Shown: positions 53,545-63,854 of the stretch, one piece after another | Layout: every line of letters begins with the position of its first letter | Position numbering within the stretch: the stretch's first letter is position 1 | Source: Candidatus Dadabacteria bacterium | GTDB lineage: Bacteria > Desulfobacterota_D > UBA1144 > Nemesobacterales > Nemesobacteraceae | Assembly: GCA_028823955.1 (NCBI GenBank) | Contig: JAPPFE010000016.1 | Span: 12,497 to 76,496, forward strand | Direction of reading: 5' to 3' | Length of the DNA stretch: 64,000 nucleotides | Notes under the pieces: generated by a model | The model's input: only the letters and a program-made list of their open reading frames with translations | Databases searched by the model: none | What the model was told of the DNA's origin: nothing | Program-made: the position numbers and the translations under genes

Positions 53545-53892
53545 CTAGATCAGATAGTAAATCAACATGAAGAGGTACCGCATGTTCGGGCTTGACTTGT
53601 GAGTCTCGAGCCTTGCCGAGAGATCCCCTATGCCGCCGAAGAATGAGTCATTATAGACTTCTGCTACTCTTTTAAACTCATCGAACTTGATAAGCGGCGG
53701 TTCGCGAACGGCAAGCGGCCGCACGTTTTTCTCGGCGGAAGTTATCCTGATTCCGTCACCTTCTGTAGTGGCCAAGAACCATCGCTGGGAGTCTTCGAGC
53801 ATAAGCTCTATTCCGCCTTCGGTTTTCTGTCTAAGAATTTCCCACTCTTCTTCCTTGGATTCGCTGAAAGGTATTTTTCTGTCTGCAAGCAT
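53545..53892 (-). CDS. Hypothetical protein (115 aa)
   Basis: Open frame only, with no motifs recognised. It contains the candidate degenerate att repeat. Confidence 0.25.
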   Translation of the reverse strand: MLADRKIPFSESKEEEWEILRQKTEGGIELMLEDSQRWFLATTEGDGIRITSAEKNVRPLAVREPPLIKFDEFKRVAEVYNDSFFGGIGDLSARLETHKSSPNMRYLFMLIYYLI

Positions 53893-53960
53893 TTTTTCTC
53901 TCCGACAAGATTATTTTTAAGGTTCTATTCTACCCCATGTCGAAAAAATATATAATCCGG

Positions 53961-56707
53961 CTAACCGAGAAGCGGTCTCAGGTGCTCTCCGGTATAAGAG
54001 TTTTCTACCGAAGCGACCTGTTCCGGAGTACCGGAGGCCACTATGCGTCCCCCGTTATCTCCTCCCTCAGGTCCGAGGTCAACTACATAATCCGCGCATT
54101 TTATCATCTCAAGGTTGTGCTCTATGACTATTACGCTGTTGCCGGCGTCGACAAGCCTGTTAAGAACGTCGAGGAGTTTTCCTATGTCGTCGATGTGAAG
54201 TCCGACCGTGGGTTCGTCAAGGATGTAGAGGATGTTGTTTTTTTCTTTTTTTGAGAGTTCCCGGGCTATCTTTATCCTCTGGGCCTCTCCTCCCGACAGT
54301 GTTGTTGCGGGCTGTCCGAGCCTCAGATAACCGCATCCGACATCCTTTAGAACCTTGAGCTTTCTGGTAACGGCCAGGTTTCCCGAGAAAAACCCCATGG
54401 CCTGATCGACGGTGAGGTTAAGTATGTCGTCTATGTTTTTCCCCTTGTACCTGTAGGCCAGTACATCTTTTCCAAACCTTTTTCCTCCGCATTCCTCGCA
54501 CGTCACCATGACGTCGGCGAGAAAGTGCATCTCGACCCTGTGACTTCCCTCACCCATACATTTCTCGCAGCGGCCTCCCCTCACGTTGAAGGAAAAATGC
54601 GACGGGGTAAGTTTGCGAAGTTTCGCTTGGTAGTGCCCGGCGAGGATTTTGCGTATGTCGTCGTAAACCTTTATGTAAGTGACGGGATTTGATCTCGAGG
54701 TTCTTCCTATGCTCGCCTGATCAAGAATTATCACGTCGTCTATATGCTCTGTGCCTTCTATACGTTCGTGTTTTCCGACCCTTTCGGCTTTCCTCCTGAA
54801 TTTTCTTAGGAGAGCGTTATGCAGGATGTCGTTTACAAGCGAGCTTTTCCCCGAACCCGAGACCCCGGTTACGCACGAGAGGGTTCCAAGGGGAAAACGG
54901 ACGTTTATGTTCTTGAGGTTATTTTCGCTCGCGCCGATTACGTTTATTGAATTGCCGGTGGTTTTTCTGCGGGAACCGGGAACTTCTATTTTCTTTTCGT
55001 TTGCGAGGTATTTTTTCGTGGTCGAGTTCTTCGCCGAACGCAGGAAACTCTTCAGGGTCCCCTGATACACGACCTCTCCCCCCCCGTCTCCCGCCCGGGG
55101 ACCGAGTTCCACTATGTAGTCTGCGGACTTTACAGTGTCAAGATCGTGTTCTATAAGTATGATGGTGTTGTTTCTTCCCCGGAGTTCTCTTATCAGCGAA
55201 TTGAGCCGGTTCATGTCTCTTGCGTGCAGACCGATCGAGGGCTCGTCCAGAATATACAGGGTCTCGGTAAGCCGCGAACTCATCTGGCAGGCAAGGTTTA
55301 TCCTCTGCGCTTCTCCGCCCGAGAGGGTACGGGTGAGCCTTGAGAGGGTCAGGTAATCAAGCCCCACGTGGATAAGAAAATCCAGCCGTGAATTTATTTC
55401 CTTTATTATGTCGGAGGCGATCTCCAGTTCATAAGCGGACAGGGTCAAGCGGTCAAACCAGGACCTCAGATCCTTTACGGACATCTCGGAGAGATGGAAT
55501 ATGCTTTCCTCTTCTATTCGCACGTTGAGGGCTTTTTCCTTGAGCCTGCTTCCCCCGCAGTCCTCGCAGGTAAACGCGGAGCGGTATCTCGAGAGAAAAA
55601 CCCTTATGTGGGTTTTGTAATTTTTCCGCTCAAGCCTTTTGAAATACCCTTTCACGCCGTAGTAGTACTCGTCTCCGTTTAACACGAGATCTTTTTCCCT
55701 TGCCGAAAGTTCCGAGAAGGGCTTTTCCGTATCTATTCCCGCGTCCTCGGCGAAGGCGAGCAGCTTTCTCATCTGTTTTCTGTAGGAAGTTTTCGTGAAG
55801 GGATCTATTGCCCCTTCGGCGAGACTGAGAGCGGGGTCCGGAACAAGGAGTTCGGGATCGATTTCAAGGTTTCTTCCGAATCCGCTGCATCGTTCGCAAG
55901 CCCCGTAGGGACTGTTGAAGGAAAACGTGTTCGGGGTAGGTTTTTCAAACCCAATATCGCAGAGATCACAGCGAAGTTCTCTTGAGAAACGCAGGCTCTG
56001 CCCTGAAACGATGTGTACAAGCGCCCGGCTGCTCTCGGAAAAAGCGGCCTCGAGCGCTTCTGTAATCCTCGATTTCGACCGTTCTCCTATAACGGTTCTC
56101 GCGGTGACTACCTGGGTCTTTGCGTCCGGATCCTCCAAGCTTTTTTCCATATCCCGGGTCTTTCCGTTCCGGTAGGTGCGTGAGTAGCCTTTTTTCATAT
56201 ATTGTGAAAGATCCGCTCCCTCTTCGGTCTCAAAGCAGATGACGGCTCTTTCCCCTGGGAATTTTTCGAGTAGCAGCCGAGTTAGGGACTGTGGAGAGTG
56301 TTCCATCACTTCCTCTCCGCATTCTGGGCAGCGGGTTTTTCCGATTTTCGCGAACAGAAGTCTCGTGTAGTCATATATTTCGGTTGTGGTGCCTACTGTG
56401 GAACGGGAATTTATGACGTTGTTTCGGCTTTCGATGGCTATCGGGGTTGGAAGACCTTCTATGTCGTCCATCGCGGGGCGCTCGACTTTCTCTATAAACT
56501 GTCTTGCGTAGGTTGAAAGGCAGTCGATATACCTCCTGAGCCCTTCCTTGTAAACGGTGTCAAGCACGAGGGATGACTTGCCCGAACCGCTAAGACCGGT
56601 CACCACCGTGAACCTGTTTTGAGGGATCAGGACATCTATGTTTTTCAGGTTGTTTTCCCTAGCGCCTTTTATCTCTATGTATCCGTTTCGTTTAGCGGTC
56701 TTCGACA
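53961..56707 (-). CDS. uvrA: Excinuclease ABC subunit A
   Basis: Two ABC ATPase modules (GLSGSGKSSL, GVSGSGKSSL), the LSGGEAQR signatures, and zinc-finger Cys clusters. The start is probably the internal Met near 56707 (MSKTAKRNGYIEIKGAREN), not the track start. Confidence 0.9.
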
Positions 56708-56972
56708 TGCGGTTTCCCCGCCCCGGCTTATCCGCCCCCAAGGGATTTCCCCTTCCCCCGAGCGGCATTTGTAACGAAATTGAGGTTTGCCGGGGCATTC
56801 GGTATTCTTTTCCTTGGGAAAGATGAATATCCCGTGGTTTCTCACTTTAACTTTACACAATTATCATGCAGTTTTTTTCCGAGATGCGGCATTATTGCGT
56901 GGGCGTTGCGCAGGACAGCGCTTGGTGCTGGAGAGCCGTTTTCACAATACTTTTTCGTTTCGAGGCGAGTAG

Positions 56973-58223
56973 ATGAGTCATCTAAAGACGGTTGATGAGC
57001 GGATAGCGGAAGTTATCCGCATGGAAACACAGCGCCAGGAATGGAAACTCGAGATGATAGCGTCTGAGAACTACGTTAGCGACGCCGTCATGGAGGCCAT
57101 GGGGTCTGTGCTTACTAACAAATATGCCGAAGGTCTCCCAGGAAGGCGTTATTACGGAGGTTGTGAATTCGTTGACGTGGCCGAGGACCTGGCGCGAGAG
57201 AGGGCCCTTGAGCTTTTCGGTGCTGACGCCGTTAATGTGCAACCGCACTCGGGAGCCCAGGCGAACATGGCCGTGTTCTTCGCCGCGCTTAAGCCTGGAG
57301 AGACTGTCTTGGGCATGAGGCTTGACCACGGAGGACATCTTACCCACGGACACCCCGTTAATTTTTCGGGACGGCTCTACAACGTTGTTGCCTACGGGGT
57401 TTCAAAAGAAACGGGAACAATCGATTACGATGAGGTGAGGGAGCTTGCCCTGGAACACTCCCCGGGACTCATAATCGCCGGCTGGAGCGCTTACCCGAGG
57501 GACGTGGACTACGCGAAATTCAGAAGTATAGCGGATGAGTGCGGGGCGCTTTTGCTGGCGGACATAGCGCATCCGGCGGGACTTGTGGTCGCCGGACTTC
57601 ACTCGGATCCCGTGCCCCACTGCGATTTCGTGACGACTACCACCCATAAAACCCTTCGGGGACCGCGAGGTGGCATGGTAATGATGAAGGAAGAGCACGC
57701 AAAGACCGTGAACAGCAGGGTTTTTCCCGGAACCCAGGGCGGTCCGCTTATGCACGTCATAGCGGCCAAGGCCGTTGCGTTCAAGGAGGCTCTTACGCCC
57801 GAGTTCTTAGAGTACCAGCGCCAGATAGTGAAAAACGCACAACGTCTCGGGGAAAATCTCCTAAACGCGGGTCTTAAGCTCGTCTCGGGCGGAACCGATA
57901 ACCATCTGGTGCTTGTCGATCTCACGGAGACGGAGTTTACCGGGCAGGTTGTTGAACAGACGCTTGAGAAGGCGGGCATAACGGTTAATAAAAACACTAT
58001 TCCCTTCGATCCCCGTCCTCCCATGGTCACAAGCGGCGTAAGGATCGGAACTCCCGCGATTACCACAAGAGGGATGAAGGAACCGGAAATCGACGCGATA
58101 TCGGGCTTCATAATGGAAGCTTTTAACAATCATGAGGATGAAAAGGTTCTCGGCAGAATAAAGGAAGACGTGAAGGAACTGTGCCTGCGTTTTCCCGTTT
58201 ACGGTCACAGACTCGGCGGATAA
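56973..58223 (+). CDS. glyA: Serine hydroxymethyltransferase
   Basis: SHMT motifs and a PLP-lysine region ([15 protein letters not shown]). 416 aa. Confidence 0.9.
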   Translation: MSHLKTVDERIAEVIRMETQRQEWKLEMIASENYVSDAVMEAMGSVLTNKYAEGLPGRRYYGGCEFVDVAEDLARERALELFGADAVNVQPHSGAQANMAVFFAALKPGETVLGMRLDHGGHLTHGHPVNFSGRLYNVVAYGVSKETGTIDYDEVRELALEHSPGLIIAGWSAYPRDVDYAKFRSIADECGALLLADIAHPAGLVVAGLHSDPVPHCDFVTTTTHKTLRGPRGGMVMMKEEHAKTVNSRVFPGTQGGPLMHVIAAKAVAFKEALTPEFLEYQRQIVKNAQRLGENLLNAGLKLVSGGTDNHLVLVDLTETEFTGQVVEQTLEKAGITVNKNTIPFDPRPPMVTSGVRIGTPAITTRGMKEPEIDAISGFIMEAFNNHEDEKVLGRIKEDVKELCLRFPVYGHRLGG

Positions 58224-58227
58224 AAGA

Positions 58228-58686
58228 ATGAAGTGCCCTTTCTGCAAATCTGATGACACCAGAGTAGTTGATTCAAGAGAAGGAAAAGACGGTTTCTCCG
58301 TCAGAAGACGCAGGGAGTGCAATGACTGCCAAGAGAGATTTACCACCTACGAGAGAATACACCACGCCGAGGTGATGGTGGTGAAAAAGGACGGTCGCAG
58401 GGAAGAGTTTGACCGCAACAAGATAATAGCCGGAATGCGCAAGGCGTGCGAGAAAAGGCCGGTAAGCACTGAGGTTATAGAGGATTTTGTTTCCGGTCTC
58501 GAAAAGGAGCTTCTCGAGAGGGGAGAGCGGGAGATATCAAGCGAAGAGATAGGGAAAAAGCTGATAGACAAGCTTTATGATATCGATCAGGTCGCGTACG
58601 TAAGGTTCGCTTCGGTCTACAGGTCGTTTAAGGACGTAAACGAGTTTCTCGACGAGGTAACGGGTCTCCTTAAGGAGAAGAAATAG
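58228..58686 (+). CDS. nrdR: Transcriptional repressor NrdR
   Basis: MKCPFCKSDDTRVVDSR...C..C zinc ribbon plus an ATP-cone. 152 aa. Confidence 0.9.
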   Translation: MKCPFCKSDDTRVVDSREGKDGFSVRRRRECNDCQERFTTYERIHHAEVMVVKKDGRREEFDRNKIIAGMRKACEKRPVSTEVIEDFVSGLEKELLERGEREISSEEIGKKLIDKLYDIDQVAYVRFASVYRSFKDVNEFLDEVTGLLKEKK

Positions 58687-58691
58687 ACCGC

Positions 58692-59474
58692 ATGCTGGTT
58701 GATTCCCACGCCCATCTGCTCAGCATTGAAGACCCTGTGGGCGCCGTGTCAAAAGCCGCGGCCGAGGGAGTTGGGAAGATCATATCCATCGGGACGGGGA
58801 TTGAGTCCTCGCTTGCCACCATAGAGCTTTCGAGGAAATACAGGGGAGTTTACGTGTCGGTTGGAATCCACCCGCACTCCGCTTCCAGTTTCAATGAAGA
58901 GGTGATGCGGGAGTTTGAGGGGATGGCCGAAGACCCCAAGGTAGTGGCGATTGGAGAAACCGGGCTTGATTATCACTACATGAATTCCCCCAGGGAAGAT
59001 CAGATAAGGTCGTTTGAGGCGCATATGGAGCTCGCAAAGAGACGCAATCTACCATTCGTGGTTCACGTAAGAGATGCTGAGGAAGAACTGCTTTCAATGC
59101 TCCGGGAGGCTGATCTCGGTCCGATGCCCGGAGTTATCCACTGTTTTTCAGGGGATTACGAAACGGCGAAAAAGTATCTTGATCTCGGTTTTTTCATCTC
59201 CTTCTCAGGCATAGTGACTTTCAAGAGGGCCGAGGAGGTAAGGGACGCGGCGGCCAGAATTCCCATCGAGAGGCTTCTTTACGAGACGGATTCTCCTTAC
59301 TTGGCGCCGGTGCCCCAGAGGGGAAAACCGAATGAGCCGTGCAATGTAGTTCACGTGGCTAGGCTTATTTCGAAGCTCAGGGGGCTGTCTCTTGAGGAAT
59401 TTACTCAGATTGTTTTTGAGAACGTGACGGAGCTTTTCCCAAAAGTATCGAAGGACAAAGACGGTCTTATCTAG
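58692..59474 (+). CDS. tatD: TatD-family metal-dependent DNase/hydrolase
   Basis: DSHAHL N-terminus, GETGLDY, and histidine motifs of the TatD TIM-barrel family. Confidence 0.8.
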   Translation: MLVDSHAHLLSIEDPVGAVSKAAAEGVGKIISIGTGIESSLATIELSRKYRGVYVSVGIHPHSASSFNEEVMREFEGMAEDPKVVAIGETGLDYHYMNSPREDQIRSFEAHMELAKRRNLPFVVHVRDAEEELLSMLREADLGPMPGVIHCFSGDYETAKKYLDLGFFISFSGIVTFKRAEEVRDAAARIPIERLLYETDSPYLAPVPQRGKPNEPCNVVHVARLISKLRGLSLEEFTQIVFENVTELFPKVSKDKDGLI

Positions 59475-59500
59475 CTGAAGAAAAATCAAGAGGTGTTTTC

Positions 59501-60451
59501 GTGAGCGGGAAATCAAAAATAGCTGTAACGATGGGAGATCCGAACGGGATAGGCCCAGAGGTCTGCATAAGGGCTTTTTACGACGGTTTCTTCGAGGATA
59601 TATACGATATCGTGTTTGTCGGAAGCGAGCCGGTGCTCCAGAAGGCTAACTATAAGTTCGGAAAGAGCGGTCCCCTGTCGATTATAGACCCCACCGATTT
59701 TTCCTTGGGGGATGTTGAGGCGGGCGTGAGGTCTGAAAAAGCGGGGAGGGCATCTGTTGTGTGCATAGAAAAGGCCGTGGCCATGGCCCTTGCAGGAGAA
59801 GTTGACGCCATAGTTACGGCTCCCATAAGCAAGAGATCCATACACATGGCCGGGTCTACTTACCCGGGACACACGGAAATGCTTATGGATCTTACAGGTT
59901 CTGAAAACGTGGTAATGCTTTTTGAAGGAACGAGGTTCCGCGTCGCACCCGTGACGATACATGTTCCCCTTCGCGAAGTTCCGGACATGATTACGGAAGA
60001 AAGCGTTTATGTGACCGTCTCCATATCCGCCCGAGAGCTGAAAAGAAGATTCGGAGTCGAAGATCCCAAGATAGTTGTCTGCGGGTTAAACCCGCACGCC
60101 GGAGAGTCGGGATCTTTCGGAAACGAGGAGCAGGAGCATATCATTCCGGCTCTTGAGAGAGCGAGAGCCGAAGGAATATCTGTCGAGGGGCCGCTGCCCG
60201 CGGACACTCTTTTCTACGACGCTCTTCGCGGCAAGTGGGACCTTGTGGTCGCCATGTACCACGACCAAGGCTTCGTGCCCTTCAAGATGCTTTCTTTCGA
60301 TACCGGGGTGAACGTAACTCTGGGATTACCTATACTGCGAACCTCTCCTGACCACGGAACCGCTTTTGACATAGCGTGGAAGGGCGCTGCGCGCCCCGAA
60401 AGCATGATTCAGGCGATAAAAGTAGCCATGGAGATATGCGACGTAAGGTAA
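59501..60451 (+). CDS. pdxA: 4-hydroxythreonine-4-phosphate dehydrogenase
   Basis: KIAVTMGDPNGIGPEV, NPHAGE and MYHDQG motifs of the PdxA family. Confidence 0.85.
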   Translation: MSGKSKIAVTMGDPNGIGPEVCIRAFYDGFFEDIYDIVFVGSEPVLQKANYKFGKSGPLSIIDPTDFSLGDVEAGVRSEKAGRASVVCIEKAVAMALAGEVDAIVTAPISKRSIHMAGSTYPGHTEMLMDLTGSENVVMLFEGTRFRVAPVTIHVPLREVPDMITEESVYVTVSISARELKRRFGVEDPKIVVCGLNPHAGESGSFGNEEQEHIIPALERARAEGISVEGPLPADTLFYDALRGKWDLVVAMYHDQGFVPFKMLSFDTGVNVTLGLPILRTSPDHGTAFDIAWKGAARPESMIQAIKVAMEICDVR

Positions 60452-60477
60452 TAAAGCGCATTAGCGGGTTTCAGAGG

Positions 60478-60502
60478 ACAGAAAATATAGGCTTCTGTTT
60501 TC
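60478..60502 (+). terminator. Weak candidate intrinsic terminator between convergent pdxA and S41 peptidase genes
   Basis: ACAGAA-aatataggc-TTCTGT followed by TTTC. The stem is short, so confidence is low. Confidence 0.25.
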
Positions 60503-60510
60503 ATCGGGGA

Positions 60511-62127
60511 TCAGTTCGATGACGGTATCCCGGGTCCGACTATCTTGCCTGAAAATCCATGAGGTCTGGAAATGGCTTCACCAGACGATGGCTCCGCTGA
60601 TGAAACTCTTGTTCTGCTGCCTTCTTCCTCGGCAGGAGGACAAGCACCGCTGCCCCGATAGGCAAGAGCTGTTTTGAGAAGAATCTCTTCAGGGTCACCG
60701 AGCTGGTGGTTGAAGTCTTCTGCAACTTGGCAGTGGGGAGTAAAACCATCTTCGAAATCTGCCTCGCCCTTGGCATTTACCCCCCTGAAGTTAATGGAAT
60801 GGTAAACATTGCCGCAGTTCTCAGCTGGAGAGAAACCGTAGGGTTTGCCGCAGGTAGCCGACCCGATTCGGATTACTTCTATGTCAATACCGAGCAAACT
60901 GTTTATGACTGACTCGCTTGCTGAGCAGGTTTGGGGGCTTGTAAGAACAAACAGGCGCGGCAAGCCGAGACTGGGAACCCTTAAGCCTGTGTCGCCAATT
61001 ATGTCCTCCTCCGCAAATTCAAAGGTGAATTCCCAGCTTTGCGATGGGATTTTGCCGTTTGTCTCAAACTCTTCGAAAACAAGCCCCTCTTTATCAGCTC
61101 CGGCGACCATAGACGATAATATTTGTGCTACATAGACAAGTCCGCCGCGGTTATAGCGAAGATCAACGATCAAGTCGTTAATGCCTGCGTTTTTCAGATG
61201 GTTGCCCGCTTCTACGATAGCTGCCGCGGCAGGCGCGTTGTGAGCGTTAAACAGCATGTAACCTATGCGGTCTCCACTGGGAGTGGCAAGGATTTTCACG
61301 TTCTGAACTGGATGAGAAGTTATTGCCATGGAAGTCATGGTTACCGTGCGAGGAGTCTGTGACCCGAGGTCCAAGACAGTGAACGTGTGGCTCTCCCCCA
61401 CTGTGTTTGGAAACAGGCCGTCGTTTAATACGTCCAAATTATCAGAATCCAGCATCGCTTCGCCGTCAACCTCGAGAATCCGCGCGCCGCGGGAAAGATT
61501 AACTCCGGGAGCAGTAGCCGGCGAACCGGGTTCTGTGTAGGCGATCCTTACGTCTCGCGGCGGGGAGGCTCGCAGAAGCACAAATTCGGCGCCGTATCCT
61601 ATATCAATGCTTTGTCTGTTCGCCAGGAATTGCACGGTGGGTACGGTGAAATGGAATTTATCCTTGGGAGATCCGGAAGCAGTTGTTTCAAAAGTCTTCA
61701 TCAAGTCAAAATAGACGGGAGTGCTGCAGCAGGAAGGATCCTGATCTTTGATTTCATCGTACCAGAGATAGGTTTCGTGACTCCAGGACCGAAGCCAGTT
61801 GTTTTCATCTGCGTAGATACCTTGAGAAGAGATACTTCTATAATAAGCTTTGCTGAGGTCGGCGCAGGTATCTACGAAGATATCACTGGGAAAAAACACC
61901 GGTTCTTCTGCCGGGGCTGTTTCATAAGTATCGCCGCAACCGAGAAAAACCGACACTCCGAGCAGCGCCAGGCATATCGCGAGCAAATGTCTCGAAGTGG
62001 ATCTGTATGGGGAAAGGCGTTTTTTTCCTTTGTGCACTGCAGTTCTCCTCTGATTAAATGCCAAGGTGGATTTAGCTAGACGTACATTATCGCAGGATGA
62101 CCTTAATTTATCAAGGCACGTGCGCAA
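60511..62127 (-). CDS. S41-family peptidase (C-terminal processing/tricorn-core like) lipoprotein, paralogue 1
   Basis: Lipobox FLGCG. DLRYNRGG and TCSASE (Ser nucleophile context) are typical of S41. The start is uncertain and may be a non-ATG inside the track ORF. Confidence 0.7.
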   Translation of the reverse strand: MRTCLDKLRSSCDNVRLAKSTLAFNQRRTAVHKGKKRLSPYRSTSRHLLAICLALLGVSVFLGCGDTYETAPAEEPVFFPSDIFVDTCADLSKAYYRSISSQGIYADENNWLRSWSHETYLWYDEIKDQDPSCCSTPVYFDLMKTFETTASGSPKDKFHFTVPTVQFLANRQSIDIGYGAEFVLLRASPPRDVRIAYTEPGSPATAPGVNLSRGARILEVDGEAMLDSDNLDVLNDGLFPNTVGESHTFTVLDLGSQTPRTVTMTSMAITSHPVQNVKILATPSGDRIGYMLFNAHNAPAAAAIVEAGNHLKNAGINDLIVDLRYNRGGLVYVAQILSSMVAGADKEGLVFEEFETNGKIPSQSWEFTFEFAEEDIIGDTGLRVPSLGLPRLFVLTSPQTCSASESVINSLLGIDIEVIRIGSATCGKPYGFSPAENCGNVYHSINFRGVNAKGEADFEDGFTPHCQVAEDFNHQLGDPEEILLKTALAYRGSGACPPAEEEGSRTRVSSAEPSSGEAISRPHGFSGKIVGPGIPSSN

Positions 62128-62201
62128 CGTTAAAAAGTTATGGCGTGCACTACCGCAGGTTGCGGTACGGAAAAAATATAAGATCGGGTTTGCTCAAAAG
62201 C

Positions 62202-63854
62202 TTACCAATCGAGAATCAAACCGGGCAAACTGGAATATGGCGAGGGAACAGGATCGATTGACAATGATTCTTCCTGGGAGCTTTTCGGCGCGGCATCTCG
62301 GACTTGAGCTGCACTTGATGAAGGACACGCGTCGTCAGCCTGATAAGCAAGGGCTGTTTTAAGAAGGCCTTCCTCCGGGTCGCCGAGCTGGTGGTCATAA
62401 TCATTATCCGCAACGGAACAGGTAGGCGAGAAACCGTCATCATAATCGGCAACTCCTTTGTCATTAACTATCCTTAGCTGAATAGTGGAATAAGTCGTGC
62501 CGCAATTGTCTGTTGAAACAAAACCGTGGTACTTGCCGCATGTGGTCGAACCAACCAGTATTACCTCTATGTCGATGCCGCGCAGACTGTTGATGATCAG
62601 TTCGCTTGCCGAACAGGTGCTGGAACTGGTCAGAACGAACAGGCGCGGAAGATCAAGATACGGCAGTCGATACACAGTACCGTTCTCATCTTTGAACGCG
62701 CCGGCAAAGGGAGCGGATCTTTTGTCTGTTTTGTTGTTATATTCAATTGTTGCGAAGTTTTTCCCATTGCCCGCGGACCCGGCTATTATTGATGTTATAA
62801 TCTGCGCAATGTAGATGAATCCGCCATTATTATAGCGAAGATCAAGCACTAGATCGTCGATGCCTCTTCCTCTCCTAAACGTGTTGCCGGCGCTTATTAG
62901 CGGTTGCGCCGCCGGGTCATTGTGAGCGTTAAACAGCATGTAACCTACGCGGTTTCCTTCGGAGGTGGTTATGACTTTTACGTTCTGCACCGGATGCACT
63001 GTTATCTCTCCTGCGGTCATTGTCACGGAGCGCTCCTGGGAAAATGAACCGGGATCTTTAACAGTGAATGTGTGCGTGTCACCAACAGATGGATTCAAGG
63101 CGGCGTTTATCTTGTCTACCTCGTCTTCGTCGGTGGAATTTACGATATCAATGCCGTCAACGCCGAGGATCTGTGTGCCGCGCACAAGATTGACGCTGGC
63201 CGCGGTCGCGGGCGAGCCGGGTTCGGTGTAAGCTACCACCACATTTCGCGGAGGCGAGCGTTGCAGAATTTTGAGTCTGACGCCATATCCAGCCATAATG
63301 CCCTCATTGGAAAGTTGCCGGTATTCTCTGGTGGGCTGTGAGAAATGGAACCTGTCCTTTGGCTTTCCGGAAGATGTCGTCTCTTTTGTCTTCATTAGCT
63401 CAAAGTACTCCTCCGTAGTGCAGCAGGCCGGGTCCATATCCTCGATTTCATCGTACCACAGATAAGTTTCGTGACTCCAGGACCGAAGCCAGTTGTTTTC
63501 ATCCACGTATGTGCCTTGTTTGGCATCTGCGCTGAAGGCTTTGCTCAGATCCGCGCAGTATTGATGAAAATTGTCGCTGGGACAGAACATACCTTCTTGC
63601 CATGGTTCATCGCTTGTGCCGCAGGTCAGCGGTGGTGGTGATGATGGTGGAGGTGACGGAGGTGGAGACGGTTCAGTTGGTTCCGGCGGTGCTGTTTCGG
63701 CCGATTCTGGCAACGAGGTTTCTCCTGAACCTGCTGAAGATGAACTCTCGCCACCGCAGCCCGTAGAACCGAGTACCGCAATTAGTGTTAGGAATACCCA
63801 AAGGCATCGCGATGTTAATTCACCTGTAAAGCAGCCGCTTTTTCCTTTGCTCAA
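62202..63854 (-). CDS. S41-family peptidase lipoprotein, paralogue 2, with a Pro-rich N-terminal linker
   Basis: Lipobox LGSTGCGG, a PPEPTEPSPPPSPPPSSPPP linker, then DLRYNNGG and TCSASE. It is co-linear with the downstream paralogue over its full length. Confidence 0.7.
   Translation of the reverse strand: MSKGKSGCFTGELTSRCLWVFLTLIAVLGSTGCGGESSSSAGSGETSLPESAETAPPEPTEPSPPPSPPPSSPPPLTCGTSDEPWQEGMFCPSDNFHQYCADLSKAFSADAKQGTYVDENNWLRSWSHETYLWYDEIEDMDPACCTTEEYFELMKTKETTSSGKPKDRFHFSQPTREYRQLSNEGIMAGYGVRLKILQRSPPRNVVVAYTEPGSPATAASVNLVRGTQILGVDGIDIVNSTDEDEVDKINAALNPSVGDTHTFTVKDPGSFSQERSVTMTAGEITVHPVQNVKVITTSEGNRVGYMLFNAHNDPAAQPLISAGNTFRRGRGIDDLVLDLRYNNGGFIYIAQIITSIIAGSAGNGKNFATIEYNNKTDKRSAPFAGAFKDENGTVYRLPYLDLPRLFVLTSSSTCSASELIINSLRGIDIEVILVGSTTCGKYHGFVSTDNCGTTYSTIQLRIVNDKGVADYDDGFSPTCSVADNDYDHQLGDPEEGLLKTALAYQADDACPSSSAAQVRDAAPKSSQEESLSIDPVPSPYSSLPGLILDW

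Larger units (their letters stand above)
34422..53620. mobile_element. Putative tRNA-Asn-associated genomic (defence) island of about 19 kb. No integrase is detected, so it is possibly an immobilised remnant.
   Basis: Begins at the tRNA 3' end. The composition changes abruptly: an AT-rich first gene, then a GC-rich block from 35.7 to 53.5 kb. The cargo is restriction/defence genes. An excisionase-family HTH gene is present. A 13-bp near-copy of the tRNA 3' end (TCGAGCCtTGCCG) sits at 53606-53618. Confidence 0.45.
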
